A stretch of DNA of 64,000 nt from Macrostomum lignano (taxonomy: Eukaryota): the NCBI GenBank assembly GCA_002269645.1, contig NIVC01002138.1:62001-126000 (forward strand), read 5' to 3'. A model generated the notes under the pieces. That model did no database searches, had not been told where the DNA came from, and saw only the letters and a list, made by a program, of their open reading frames with translations. Below, in pieces: positions 1 through 11,710 of this stretch (position 1 is the first letter of the stretch; every line of letters begins with the position of its first letter). The translations under genes were made by a program, and so were the position numbers.

Positions 1-3000
1 TAGTACAACTTTTTGAAGAAAAAAACAAAAATCAATATTTTTCCATTCAAAAAATACTGGTAAAACTTGTATTTGAATCTATTTCATATAAAATGCAATG
101 ATAATATAAATTGATTTAAAAAGCCATCAATACATTGGCAATTTGCCATAAACAAAAAGTGCTTATAAAAGAAATTATATATTAATTTTCTGTTTTCTGA
201 CAATTTTCTGACAATTAACATTGTCTTGTTGGAAACTTTTGTTTTGCACCAAATTGTGCTAATTTTTTCTTTGGCGCCACACTGTGTCAGATTTTTTTGC
301 CTAGGCCCTATTATTGCTGTGTTGCATTGGAATATGCTAGTGTGGCGCATATCTATTCTCCTTTTGCACTAGAATTTTCCATGAAAAGGCCATCTTCTTG
401 ACTATGGCTAGGCATAGGCCTACATGTGTTTTAGGTTACATTGCGTTTTTGAGCTATAATAAATTTTAGACTCTATATTGCATATCAATAGGTTTTTTAT
501 ACTTGAGCCTATTTTAATAGGGAATCAAATTAGCATGATCAAAGTTGACAATGTTCTATTGGCATTATAAAAATTAATGAAATTAAAAACATTGAAGAAA
601 AATACATACTGGTAAAACATTGAAGCCTAGGCCTAACATTAATTTGGAAGAGTTGAAAATACAGCCTAGCTTGCTTAGACCTATTATAGCATATTATTAG
701 TATTATAGCATAGAGGCTTATATTTACTATCATAGAACAGGCAGTGAAACATAGGCCAAGTTATTAAATTTTTAGACTTTTAGGCCTATGGGCATGGCCT
801 TGAGGTAGACTGTTATGCTATGCTATGCTCTGTTTAGGCCTATAGCAAAGGGATTTAGTAGGCCTATTGTTTGGCTCAGACAACATAGTAGTCCCTAGGC
901 CTAGTGAATTAAAAATAGTATTCAAGCCTTAGTGCATACTAAACTTAGGAGAATCTTGTCTATTAGTCTAACAACTCTGACTTACAACCTTGCTGTATCA
1001 CCTGTGTGTTAATGAGCGTTGATGCAAAAATTGGAGCAAAGACAGTTGTCTCGTTAGTCCCGCATCCGGAAATCCTAAAGATTCCCGCGTTTAATTATTT
1101 TACAGAAATATTTCACCCTCTATTGGGGGTGGGGGTTATAATTAAATGCAGGAATCTTCAGGATAGCCCCATATCCAACTTCAGCCGAAGTTCAACAAAA
1201 TGGAAACTTAAAAAATCATGAATTAGGCCTACCGCCTAGCCCTAGCTAGGCCTGAACGGCTGAACCGACTTCAGATATACTAAAAATGAAAACTTAATTA
1301 ACTAAATCTGAATTAAGACTTACAAAGTAAAACGCGGCTGATTGCTTTGTAGTAGTCGTCTATCGTCTAAAATCTAAAATTTTGTAACTTCAAAGCTAGT
1401 AATACTATATGCTATTATCTGAGTAGGCCTAGGCCTGGTAAGTCAAACGTTATCTAATCTAATAACTTTATCTAATTATCGAATTATCTAACGACTAACT
1501 AAACTAAACCTATTTGTATTAAGTTGCAGAATTTAATATATTGCTGCTCGGCATGCACTTAAATATGTGCTGAAAATAGCACATTAAAACAAACTAAAAA
1601 ACCTTTAATTAAATTTATTTCCAAAGTATGATTATTAAGTTTAAAATTACTAAATTTGCTTTGATATAATACGTTATTAGGCTTAAAAACTAAATTTCAG
1701 CCATCGTGTTGTTAATAGCCGCTGATGTTGCGCTCGATTAGGAGCGCTGCTTTTTGTCTTAAACTTATTCTGAAACCGGGATAACTGCGGTTTTGAGAAT
1801 TATAAATTATAAAATTTACACTACAATTTAGTTTTGCCACAACTTTTGTGCGTACAAATGTCCGTGCACGGATACAAATGGTCCTCTTATATTATTGGTT
1901 AATTAGAAACAGAATACACCAATAATGCTCAATCGACCCTTCTGCATAAAAAACCCCGTAGCAAAAATTAATTCATGACATGCTACTCGTGGGACCAATT
2001 TCATGAAACACTAGCTGCTAACTGCTATTAGCAGAATTGCTAGCCGGCGTTTGGTTTCTTTAGTAGTCGATCGCACTCTAAAAAATATTTTTACCATGCA
2101 GTCTGCTAGCTTTTGGCTACACGAGCTTAGCAGTCGGATGAGAGGGTTTCCTGAGCGATGTCTATATAGTCAAAAGGCTTGGTTTTTAGTGGAATATAAC
2201 TGCTAGTTCGCGATTTCATGAGCGTAGAGTTCTGCTATGTAAAGGGACACAACTTTAACTGCATGGTAAAGTTTAGCATCCTCGAGAGGCGGCTAAAATA
2301 TAATAATGGAGATTCCATTATTCGACGCGCTTCAATTAGCTGATAACCCGGTCGATAATCGTCGGTCGAGAAAGTCCAAAGATCACGTGAATTACGACGC
2401 CGGTGATGATGACTTCAAGTAGCACTTCCGAATGAATGCAGAAAAGTTTAATTAATTTTCTAGTGGATCGTATATTGTCCCGCGCAGTTGGAATACGCGA
2501 CGAGAAGTGGAAGCCGAATGTTTTTCCACAGCGTGTCAGCTCGCAAGTAACTCAACAGACTTGCTCAGTTCATTGGACAACTTCAAAACAGTACTGACTC
2601 GCGAGCTCCATTATGTAGGGACAGAAAAAGTTTCTTCTGTTCAATGGACGTCATTTAAATTCAAAGTCACGAAAAGCCGCTTGATCATATATACCACATT
2701 AAAGCCTTCTCGCCTTGAGAGAGGCCATTTTCCTGCCGCATATAGACGTTTTTCTATGGCAAACCCCTATATAGTTAGCAGGTCAGACATGAAACCAAAG
2801 CTTCCCAACTGTAAGTTGGCTGCTAAACCGACAGCGTGAAAGTGCTTCATGTACGTAATTGGTCCCTGGGGTGAAGCGATCCGTGAGTAGTGCTCAAGTG
2901 CATTTCCATAGACGTCCAAATATTTTAGTTCAAAATTTTTAGTATATGGAAACCACAGATACTAACACCCTAAATATGGTTCACTCTACTACATATATTT

Positions 3001-3329
3001 TGAAAACTACTAAGCTGTTCGGTAGTATGATCGTAAAAAGCAAACATTTATTTATTCAGTTCGCTGTGTCTATACATGCATAGGACTACATGGGCTAAAG
3101 CACAAGTAGTTGACGTTGTCTGCATAATCGTAAGTCAAACTTTTCATGCTACTGGTATGCTTAGTGACGATTATTTTGATAATTTGATTCATTTAGCCAG
3201 CATTCAAATATATGGCTTTTTATTTCGACTTTAGATAAGCAAGCTGATTCATGATTACGGTAGGTGTACGAGAGTATATTCTGTGGCTAAAAATGTAGTT
3301 ACTGTACTCGAACAGCAATTAAAAAATAC

Positions 3330-4011
3330 CAGTGGCGTAGCCAGGGGGGGGTGGGGTTGGGCGCGGCGGGTAGTTACTAAAAACCATGAGGCAATTGAGT
3401 GCCTGCGGCGCCAAAATGAGTGCCTTCGGCGCCAAAATGAGTGCCTGCGGCGCCAAAATGAGTGCCTTCGGCGCCAAAATGAGTGCCTGCGGCGCCAAAA
3501 TGAGTGCCTGCGGCGCCAAAATGAGTGCCTGCGGCGCCAAAATGAGTGCCTGCGGCGCCAAAATGAGTGCCTGCGGCGCCAAAATGAGTGCCTGCGGCGC
3601 CAAAATAAGTGCCTGCGGCGCCAAAATGAGTGCCTGCGGCGCCAAAATGAGTGCCTGCGGCGCCAAAATGAGTGCCTGCGGCGCCAAAATGAATGCCTGC
3701 GGCGCCAAAGAGTGCCTGCGGCGCCAAAATGAGTGCCTGCGGCGCCAAAATGAGTGCCTGCGGCGCCAAAATGAGTGCCTGCGGCGCCAAAATGAGTGCC
3801 TGCGGCGCCAAAATGAATGCCTGCGGCGCCAAAGAGTGCCTGCGGCGCCAAAATGAGTGCCTGCGGCGCCAAAATGAGTGCCTGCGGCGCCAAAATGAGT
3901 GCCTGCGGCGCCAAAATGAGTGCCTGCGGCGCCAAAAGTGGCAATGGCATAAGGCATGGCCAGCCAGGCCAACCTGCCCCCTCCCAATTAAAATTCCTGG
4001 CTACGCCACTG
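3330..4011. mobile_element. Non-autonomous hAT-like MITE carrying an internal 21-bp tandem array
   Basis: Perfect 16-bp TIRs CAGTGGCGTAGCCAGG (3330-3345) and CCTGGCTACGCCACTG (3996-4011). Perfect 8-bp TSD AAAAATAC (3322-3329, 4012-4019). An 8-bp TSD is characteristic of hAT elements. No transposase ORF. Confidence 0.92.
3398..3936 (+). repeat. 21-bp minisatellite (GAGTGCCTGCGGCGCCAAAAT)n, about 26 copies
   Basis: Direct reading; lies inside the MITE and explains the repetitive ORFs at 3255-4049. Confidence 0.97.
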
Positions 4012-4667
4012 AAAAATACGCGCATATAACACAACATAACATGCACTAAAATTCTAAAGTCTTTCGAATGTAACCAATACTTATACGTGCACTTTGTAGG
4101 TTCATGTATGCATGGACGTTCGTTGTTTGTGAAGAATGGGTTTACCTTGCAGTTTTTTTTACGTCAGCTGAAAAATCTGGAATCAGCAGGAAATTTCTAT
4201 AGAGATAATTATGTGAAAGGTAATTAGTTTTAAATTAGACCTACTCTCTTTGAAGTAATTTTCTTTGAGTTCCGTAACATCTAATACAAGTATATGTGCA
4301 TGAATTCCCGGAGACCGGGTAAGAGCAAAATTGCTGTAATATCCGCACAAAGGCGCAAGGGCGATAACTACATGCTGCTACAGATGAGCAATTAGTGAGA
4401 TTGCATAACTACTATCGAGCATCAATTATAGCTAAATGATATTTTATAATGCTCAAGATTTAAAAAAAGTTTACCAGTGTGCTATAATAAAGTAGTTCTT
4501 ATATAAAGTAGCTTTCCAAAGGAATTTTGAAATCCTACAGCCAATGCATTTCAATGTAAATCAATGTGTAAATAATAGAGTGATCTAATTTACTCTTTTA
4601 TTGGTTTCCCTGCTAGTGCTAGTATACCGATCCCAGCTGCCTGCAGACGCACAGACCCCCTTCCTGA

Positions 4668-5000
4668 TTACACATTGCCTGCTGACCCATTGCCTGCTGA
4701 CCCATTGCCTGCTGACCCATTGCCTTACTGACATTCCTTAGCTGCTGACACATTGCCAGCTGACACATTGCCTGCTGACACATTGCCTTGCTGACATGCC
4801 CTGCACATGCCCAAGAGACACAGATCCTCTACTGACACATTGCCTTGCTGACATTCCCTAGCTGCTGACACATTGCCTGCTGACACATTGCCCCGCTGAC
4901 ACATTGCCTTGCTGACACATTGCCTTGCTGACACATTGCCCCGCTGACACATTGCCTTGCTGACACATTGCCTTTCTGACATGCCCTGCACATGCCTAAG
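4668..5000 (+). repeat. Degenerate tandem repeat with core GCTGACACATTGCC
   Basis: Many imperfect 17-20 bp copies, plus a longer duplicated segment (ACATGCCCTGCACATGCC...AGATCCTCTACTG). Confidence 0.85.
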
Positions 5001-5019
5001 AGACGCAGATCCTCTACTG

Positions 5020-5114
5020 GGGTGGGTTTCACAAACGCGAAACTTCACAACCGCTAAAACTTTTGCACTTACTTTCATATACGGAAGTCTTTTTAGCGGT
5101 TGTGAAAGCCACCC
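5020..5114. mobile_element. 95-bp MITE with 8-bp TSD
   Basis: TIRs GGGTGGGTTTCACAA and TTGTGAAAGCCACCC (14/15 match). TSD CTCTACTG at 5012-5019 and 5115-5122. A paralogous empty site CCTCTACTGACAC lies at about 4826-4838. Confidence 0.85.
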
Positions 5115-5930
5115 CTCTACTGACACACAGATGCCCCTGCAGCTGACAGAAATGCATTGAGTGAGGTGAGCTTGTAAAATGAAAATTTTAATTTGCTCTA
5201 GAGCAGACTGCCAAAAATATACTTTTCACAGATTTTTCATTTCCTCTTCTTGTTTTAATATTTAGCAAAAACAATCATTGTCAGAGCCCCGACCAAATAT
5301 TAAAATAAAAAAAAAAGATTGCATTCAGCTTTTTTTATCGAGGTTAAGACACGAGCTGGCGTGCTCATTGCAGTCAGCTCCCTCCGGTGAGGAGAAAAAC
5401 AACAATTAGCTAATTGAACTTACAGACACAGTGCTGCAGTGATGACAGGCATAGCCATTACTCTTAATGCATTGGGGATATTTTTTCAGCAATTATTTGT
5501 GGGTAATCATTAAGTTACAGCTGTTTGCTGACTCGCCTCTCAGGCGGCCCTTTTACACTTTAAACAATGATGGGTTTCCGGATGATCACTAATGGGTTGC
5601 ATACAAAGCGTATGCAGAATGCAGGTGGAATCAATGAAGCAGACTAACTTGCAAGGTGAAGCTGATAACAGCGCGCTCAGGGGACCTGGGGGAGGGGGGG
5701 GTAATTATAAAGATGATGCTCAGAAATTCGTCAACAAGATATTTTAGTGAAATCATTTCAACACAGAACGACGTCTCCGATTATAAATACGAAACATGTA
5801 AATAGTGCAGAAGTTTATCGATGTGCCTATTTAAAGTTCTACAATTTAAATATAATTTTTGCTCATTTTTAAGTCATAAAATTTATGCTAGTCTAGCGTA
5901 ACTATCCTACAGCATGCAATTTGTGGGGGC

Positions 5931-7005
5931 CCTCACCATTGTAGATACACCTGTCCTCACCTGTGTAGATACACCTGTCCTCACCTGTGTAGATACACCT
6001 GTCCTCACCTGTGTAGATACACCTGTCCTCACCTGTGTAGATACACCTGTCCTCACCTGTGTAGATACACCTGTCCTCACCTGTGTAGATACACCTGTCC
6101 TCACCTGTGTAGATACACCTGTCCTCACCTGTGTAGATACACCTGTCCTCACCTGTGTAGATACACCTGTCCTCACCTGTGTAGATACACCTGTCCTCAC
6201 CTGTGTAGATACACCTGTCCTCACCTGTGTAGATACACCTGTCCTCAACTGTCTAGATACCCTTGTCCTCACCTGTCTAGATACCCTTGTCCTCACCTGT
6301 CTAGATACCCTTGTCCTCACCTGTGTAGATACACCTGTCCTCACCTGTGTAGATACACCTGTCCTCAACTGTCTAGATACCCTTGTCCTCACCTGTCTAG
6401 ATACCCTTGTCCTCACCTGTCTAGATACCCTTGTCCTCACCTGTGTAGATACCCTTGTCCTCACCTGTGTAGATACACCTGTCCTCACCTGTGTAGATAC
6501 CCTTGTCCTCACCTGTGTAGATACACCTGTCCTCCCCTGTGTAGATACCCTTGTCCTCACCTGTGTAGATACCCTTGTCCTCATCTGTGTAGATACCCTT
6601 GTCCTCACCTGTGTAGATACCCTTGTCCTCACCTGTGTAGATACCCTTGTCCTCACCTGTGTCGATACCCTTGTTCTCCTCACCTGTCTACCCTTGTTCT
6701 CCTCACCTGTCTACCCTTGTTCTCCTCACCTGTCTACCCTTGTTCTCCTCACCTGTCTATCCTTGTTCTCCTCACCTGTCTACCCTTGTTCTCCTCACCT
6801 GTCTACCCTTGTTCTCCTCACCTGTCTACCCTTGTTCTCCTCACCTGTCTACCCTTGTTCTCCTCACCTGTCTACCCTTGTTCTCCTCACCTGTCTACCC
6901 TTGTTCTCCTCACCTGTCTACCCTTGTTCTCCTCACCTGTCTACCCTTGTTCTCTTCATTTGTCTACTCTTGTTCTCCTCACCTGTCTACCCTTGTTCTC
7001 CTCAC
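5931..7005 (+). repeat. Compound minisatellite: 24-bp (GTAGATACACCTGTCCTCACCTGT)n grading into 23-bp (CTACCCTTGTTCTCCTCACCTGT)n
   Basis: Direct reading; the unit switch is at about 6665. Confidence 0.96.
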
Positions 7006-7160
7006 GTGTCACCTGAGCTCATAAATTTCACCGACTCAAACTCAACCCACTGAACTTTAGATTGCACCTTCAAGCCTAATTAAAAGTTTAAGGAGCCATA
7101 TAATCAGAAGATTTATAGTCAGTCAAGAAAACTTCTCAGAAATTACATCTCTTCAACTGC

Positions 7161-8366
7161 TCAGCTGGATCTCAGAGGCAGCAGTCGCACAGTTTCAATG
7201 GCGACCTGCCCACCGACAGCCTGACTGGCGAAGGAAGCCGCCGCGGCAGCCGCATCCGAATCCGTATCGGCGCCTTCTCGGCCGTTGTCGTCATTGGCCG
7301 CCTCGGCGGACCGGGCGGGCCCGACAGTGACGGCTGTAGCCGCGGCCGACGACGGGCCCGACCAGAGGGCGGTGCGGAAGCTGCGGCTGTAGCGAATGAG
7401 GACGAAGAAGTTCAGGCAGGAATCCAACGGCACCACCACCAGGCCCCAGCTCGCCACCTGCTCCAGCAGGCTGACCACGTGCAGCACCGTTCGCCGGCTG
7501 CCGTTGCTGGCCAGCACATAGGCAGCGGTGACGACGTGCAGCGCGGCGAAGGGGAACTCGCAGACAATGAAGCCGAGCGACAGCAGCAGGATGAGCCGGC
7601 AGGAGCGGTGCCGGGCAGCCCGGTTCAAGGCGCGCATCCGGAGCGCCGCCACCATACGGAGGCTCATCAAGACGATGGCCAGGCCGGGAACGATGGTGCC
7701 GATCAGCTCCAGGACCGCGTAGCGAATCAGCACGGGCCTCATGGCCGCCTTCACGTGCAGGCCGACTGGCAGCGACATGGCGTCGTCGGTCGATTCGTTA
7801 GCGTCGACGAGTTTCAACAGCAGGCGCTGCTCGGCGTCCAGAGTGCTCAGCTCGTCATCGCTGCCGCTGAGCAGCCGCACCGAGGTCTCGTTGATCAGGC
7901 GCACCTGGGTCTGATCCACCGTGGCGGCCGAGCTGATGTACACCGCCGCGAATGATATCGCCACGATGACTATCAAGGCCAGGGCCTGGCGCCGAGCGCT
8001 CAAGAAGCCGCCAGCCGAAGATCTCGAGTTGGCAGCGGCGGCCCCGGCTGCGGCAGCAGCGGCGGCTCGAAACGGCCGGAGGATAGCCGCCATTCGGCAG
8101 GTGGACACAAACAGCAGCCAGTGGTTGCGCACGGTGTGCAGAAAATGGAAGCCGGACTCGAGCTCCAGCCTGCCGGCCAGGTGGTGGGCCAGCAGGTAGC
8201 CAGCCAGGAAGAGGCACAGGGCGATCTCCGTGCCAGTCAGCACCAGGAGGCTGCTGGTTCGGCTGCGGGCTCGCTTGCGCACGAGAGCGCACAGCAACCA
8301 GGAGTTCAGGGCTACCGCGAACAGGGCGAAAGCCAGCGTCACTGACCAAGTGAGCAGGTCGTGCAT
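7161..8366 (-). CDS. Intronless class A (rhodopsin-like) orphan GPCR, peptide-receptor-like
   Basis: GC-rich ORF of about 400 aa with seven hydrophobic segments: TM1 ...ALFAVALN, TM3 end CRMAAILRP, TM5 LIGTIVP, TM6 GFIVCEFP, TM7 DSCLNFFVL followed by SRSFR. First ATG is 8366 (the track start at 8420 is GTG); an upstream exon cannot be excluded. Confidence 0.85.
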   Translation of the reverse strand: MHDLLTWSVTLAFALFAVALNSWLLCALVRKRARSRTSSLLVLTGTEIALCLFLAGYLLAHHLAGRLELESGFHFLHTVRNHWLLFVSTCRMAAILRPFRAAAAAAAGAAAANSRSSAGGFLSARRQALALIVIVAISFAAVYISSAATVDQTQVRLINETSVRLLSGSDDELSTLDAEQRLLLKLVDANESTDDAMSLPVGLHVKAAMRPVLIRYAVLELIGTIVPGLAIVLMSLRMVAALRMRALNRAARHRSCRLILLLSLGFIVCEFPFAALHVVTAAYVLASNGSRRTVLHVVSLLEQVASWGLVVVPLDSCLNFFVLIRYSRSFRTALWSGPSSAAATAVTVGPARSAEAANDDNGREGADTDSDAAAAAASFASQAVGGQVAIETVRLLPLRSS

Positions 8367-9333
8367 AACTGCGGCGTGTTCAGTGTATAATCCGGTTTGT
8401 AGGGCTGTCAGACTCGCCACTTGATAGGTCTCTTATCGCAGACTGCAACTTCATGCAGAATTTTATGAATATGAGCTTCTTTTGGAGTTCGAATGGCGTT
8501 GAGAAGTGAATAGTTATAGGCGCTGGCTGTGATTTGCTGCAGCTCCTCTGCCCCATCCCTTGCACCTTTTCTGCTTTTTCCATAAGCATTTCCCTTACCT
8601 TTCCCTTATCGGTATTACTCACTTAATCTCCTCGCATTAATCAATTCCGTCTGCTTTAATCCTCTTTGTCGGCCCTCGATTATCCATAATCCCCCATCTC
8701 CGGTGTCACCCCTCTCATTCCGGTCACCCTGTCTTCTTATACTCTTCTTCTTATCACCCTCCATCCTTGTCACACTCATATATTGCTTGTCATTCTCCAT
8801 CCGCTCAAAAGACAAAAATCCTTAGCAACTAAAATTGAAACAAATTCTACCATTTATAAAAGCAACATCTGGGGGACACTGTGCATGCAGTCTTGTAACA
8901 GGGAAGAACGCCAATAGGAATCCCACAATTCAATTTAATCCAAAAAACTTGAATTTGACAATTCTGCAGTCGGTTCTTTCTACTTGTTCAGTTTATTTAC
9001 GAGTATGAGCTAGCTACTTCTTTCAATGTTGAATGCTGAGGAAGTGGGAAAGTGTTTCTGTGTTTCAGCCCTTTCTTTTTGGAAATTTCTCACGTCAAAT
9101 GTACGTTCCTCATCAACATCCAGTAAATAATCTTTGCCCCACCCTTCGCCTCATAATATCTGTAGATTAAATATGACACCTGCGTCTGTTCCTTCGGTGT
9201 CTCTGGTACAAAGTCCTCGGACTGTCTTTTCCATAGCCCCACGGGAACAGACAGAGCCCTTTCTGCCATAGACACAGAATTTGAACAGGCAAAAGCTGGT
9301 AAAATGCAACGGCCCGATAGAGTTCTGTGGCCA

Positions 9334-10544
9334 AGCGTTTGAATTAACTCGAGAAGGCAAGCCATAGACAAGTCGATTTGTCATGCTATATGGAACGAAA
9401 AGCCAGAATAGAAGGAACGATTTTGAGTTTTTCACAGAGACAGCCAAACGCTTTCATTTTCTTTCGTTTGATGGAGTTCAGCTGGAATGGCGCCGCAAAT
9501 TTCACCTTGCACCGTGGACTGTCGAGGAGGGTCGAATGTGCCAGAGCAAGCCATAGACAAGTCGCAAATTTCACCTTGCACCGTGGACTGTCGAGGAAGG
9601 TCGAATGTGCCAGAGCAAGCCATAGACAAGTCGCAAATTTCACCTTGCACCGTGGACTGTAGAGGAAGGTCGAATGTGCCAGAGCAAGCCATAGACAAGT
9701 CGCAAATTTCACCTTGCACCGTGGACTGTAGAGGAAGGTCGAATGTGCCAGAGCAAGCCATAGACAAGTCGCAAATTTCACCTTGCACCGTGGACTGTCG
9801 AGGAGGGTCGAGTGTGCCAGAGCAAGCCATAGACAAGTCGCAAATTTCACCTTGCACCGTGGACTGTCGAGGAAGGTCGAATGTGTCAGTTTTGTAAGGA
9901 CTCGTGGCTCTTAAACACCCACTAAAGCGCACGGTGACAACCCAGAGGGGTCCGTCACGGTTTGCATGGAAATTTCTTCAGAGTTCGGGTTGGTGCATTC
10001 CGTCATCCAGAGAGGTGGCTAAAATGCAGCGAAGAATTCAGGGCTTCTTACACCCCCATCAGACCGCTAGTTGTCATCAACTAGACCCTAACGAAAACTG
10101 CATGTTAAATTTTTATGGATGGCCCAAATTTTCACCGTAGCGTGGTGCTTCCAGAGAACCATCCAATCGGGACAGAATTTCAACACGAAAAATTGCGGAG
10201 TGACACTTAGCTGTGGAGATTCATGCTATACTCGAGCGAGAGGCGATTGAGGCCGTTGGCCAAGGAGTGGCTGGGAGCTGCACTGCAACCCATTGTTTCG
10301 ATTGTGTTAGCAGCGGCATCTGTTTTAGGTGTTTTAGGTCTTTCTCTTTTAGGTGTTTTAAGATGTTTTTAAGTTGATCTTTTGTCAATTTTGTTGCTTT
10401 CAAATTGTGACTTCATCATTAACTTCAGTTTGTAGTCTTTCCTAATAAATAAAACTCAAATCGTTCTATTCTGGTTCATCGTTTCATATAGCATGACCAA
10501 ATCCACTTGTCTATGGCTTACTTTCTCGAATTAACTCAAACGCT
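9334..10544. mobile_element. Non-autonomous DNA transposon-like element with about 90-bp imperfect TIRs
   Basis: 9334-9425 (AGCGTTTGAATTAACTCGAGAAGGCAAGCCATAGACAAGTCGATTTGTCATGCTATATGGAACGA...) is the imperfect reverse complement of about 10455-10544 (...CATATAGCATGACCAAATCCACTTGTCTATGGCTTACTTTCTCGAATTAACTCAAACGCT). No convincing TSD. Confidence 0.75.
9497..9885 (+). repeat. 69-bp tandem repeat, about 5.6 copies
   Basis: Unit CCATAGACAAGTCGCAAATTTCACCTTGCACCGTGGACTGTCGAGGAAGGTCGAATGTGCCAGAGCAAG; no spacers. Confidence 0.96.
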
Positions 10545-10590
10545 ATACTATTTTATATGAGCAAAAAGAAGGGCAGAGGTTACAGAGAGA

Positions 10591-11454
10591 TGTAGAGTGT
10601 TCTACCTGCTACAAAAAGAAGTAAAATAAGTCTATCGTAGGATGCTACTATAAGTAAGTGCACGCATGCGCGCCTAAGGTATTTATAGCAACGGAATGAA
10701 TCACTTTCTAATAATAGCCGCAATGAGTCATGTTACCAATTATAGCGCTACCCATGAGTCAGGTTACTATTTTTGGCCTGCGAAATCGTCTATAAATACA
10801 AGCGGTCCAAAGCGGTACCGGAGTCATTCTCCCCACGGAAGGGGAGCGCCCCGAAGAGGAAGCCTTAGGAGGACTTCCTTATCACCAAGTCAATCGAGAC
10901 TCGGTCGAGTTGTTGCGGTAAGCCTTGCTCATTTGCGCCCGTTGTTTGAGTCGACTCACTATTGTGACATAGTGTTAGAGTCTGTTGAGACTCTTGAGTC
11001 CATTTGAGACTCCATTGGTTGTAGTCACCCGAAGGACTACCCTAATAGATCTTAGAGGATCTATTGGAGATTACCGGAGCAATAACTAGAGTGCGTTGAG
11101 GCACTGCTAGAAGGAGAAGGCTTAAGTGAAACCGCAGATCGGCGCAGGGATCCCATTATTGATACGAGGCCTCTGATTGGTCCTGACTGCAGATACCGGC
11201 CGGAAACGACTTCATCGGAATACAAGAAGAAGCAGGACCAGAACAACAGATTCAAGTCAATTCTTCCGGAAGACAACGGACGAGATCTACTGTGAGATCT
11301 AAAACGAGAACTACTGCGAGACCAACAGAAGAGATATCTCACACGAAGTCGAGGTAAGCAGTACCTTTATTTGATAACTGGGTTGCCTAGCAAAGAAGCT
11401 AGAAGTGATTGTTTCTTGATTACTAAGTAGGTCTTTGTAGTAAGGAACACATCA
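10591..11454 (+). mobile_element. Solo LTR of an LTR retrotransposon (BEL/Pao- or Gypsy-like; family not resolved)
   Basis: Begins TGTAGAGTGTTC and ends GGAACACATCA (imperfect terminal inverted repeat). TGAGTCA sites at 10724 and 10755, TATAAATA at 10791, GGTAAG donors at 10917 and 11353. Flanks GAGA/GCGA (3/4). Same architecture as 57658-58668. Confidence 0.65.
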
Positions 11455-11710
11455 GCGAGTGGAATGCTTCAGTAATTTTCAACATGAAAAAAGTGGATAT
11501 CTACTTTGACTGGCTGGCCAACCTGCAACAAGAAAAAGCAGGAGTGAGAGAACGTGAGCCCTCAAGATTTGGCATTTTCATTACATGAAAAAATCGATTC
11601 AGCCGCGCCGGAGTCAACGCGCAAGAAGCTGGAAGGATGGGCAGTCAAGGTGTTTGACACTACACTACCCTAAATTATACTACACTTCTTGCACGTGGCA
11701 GTCAGCGGAA

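Noticed and set aside
3255-4049. Overlapping repetitive ORFs (RRQNECL, APQALIL etc.)
   Set aside because: Products of a stop-free 21-bp unit inside a MITE, open on both strands, with no coding context.
5907-7053. Long ORFs (VDTPVLTC)n and (VRTGVSTQ)n
   Set aside because: Translation of a 24-bp minisatellite.
9497-9885. Possible CRISPR-like array
   Set aside because: The whole 69-bp unit is repeated with no unique spacers; eukaryotic context and no cas genes. The same applies to the 44-bp and 28/31-bp arrays.
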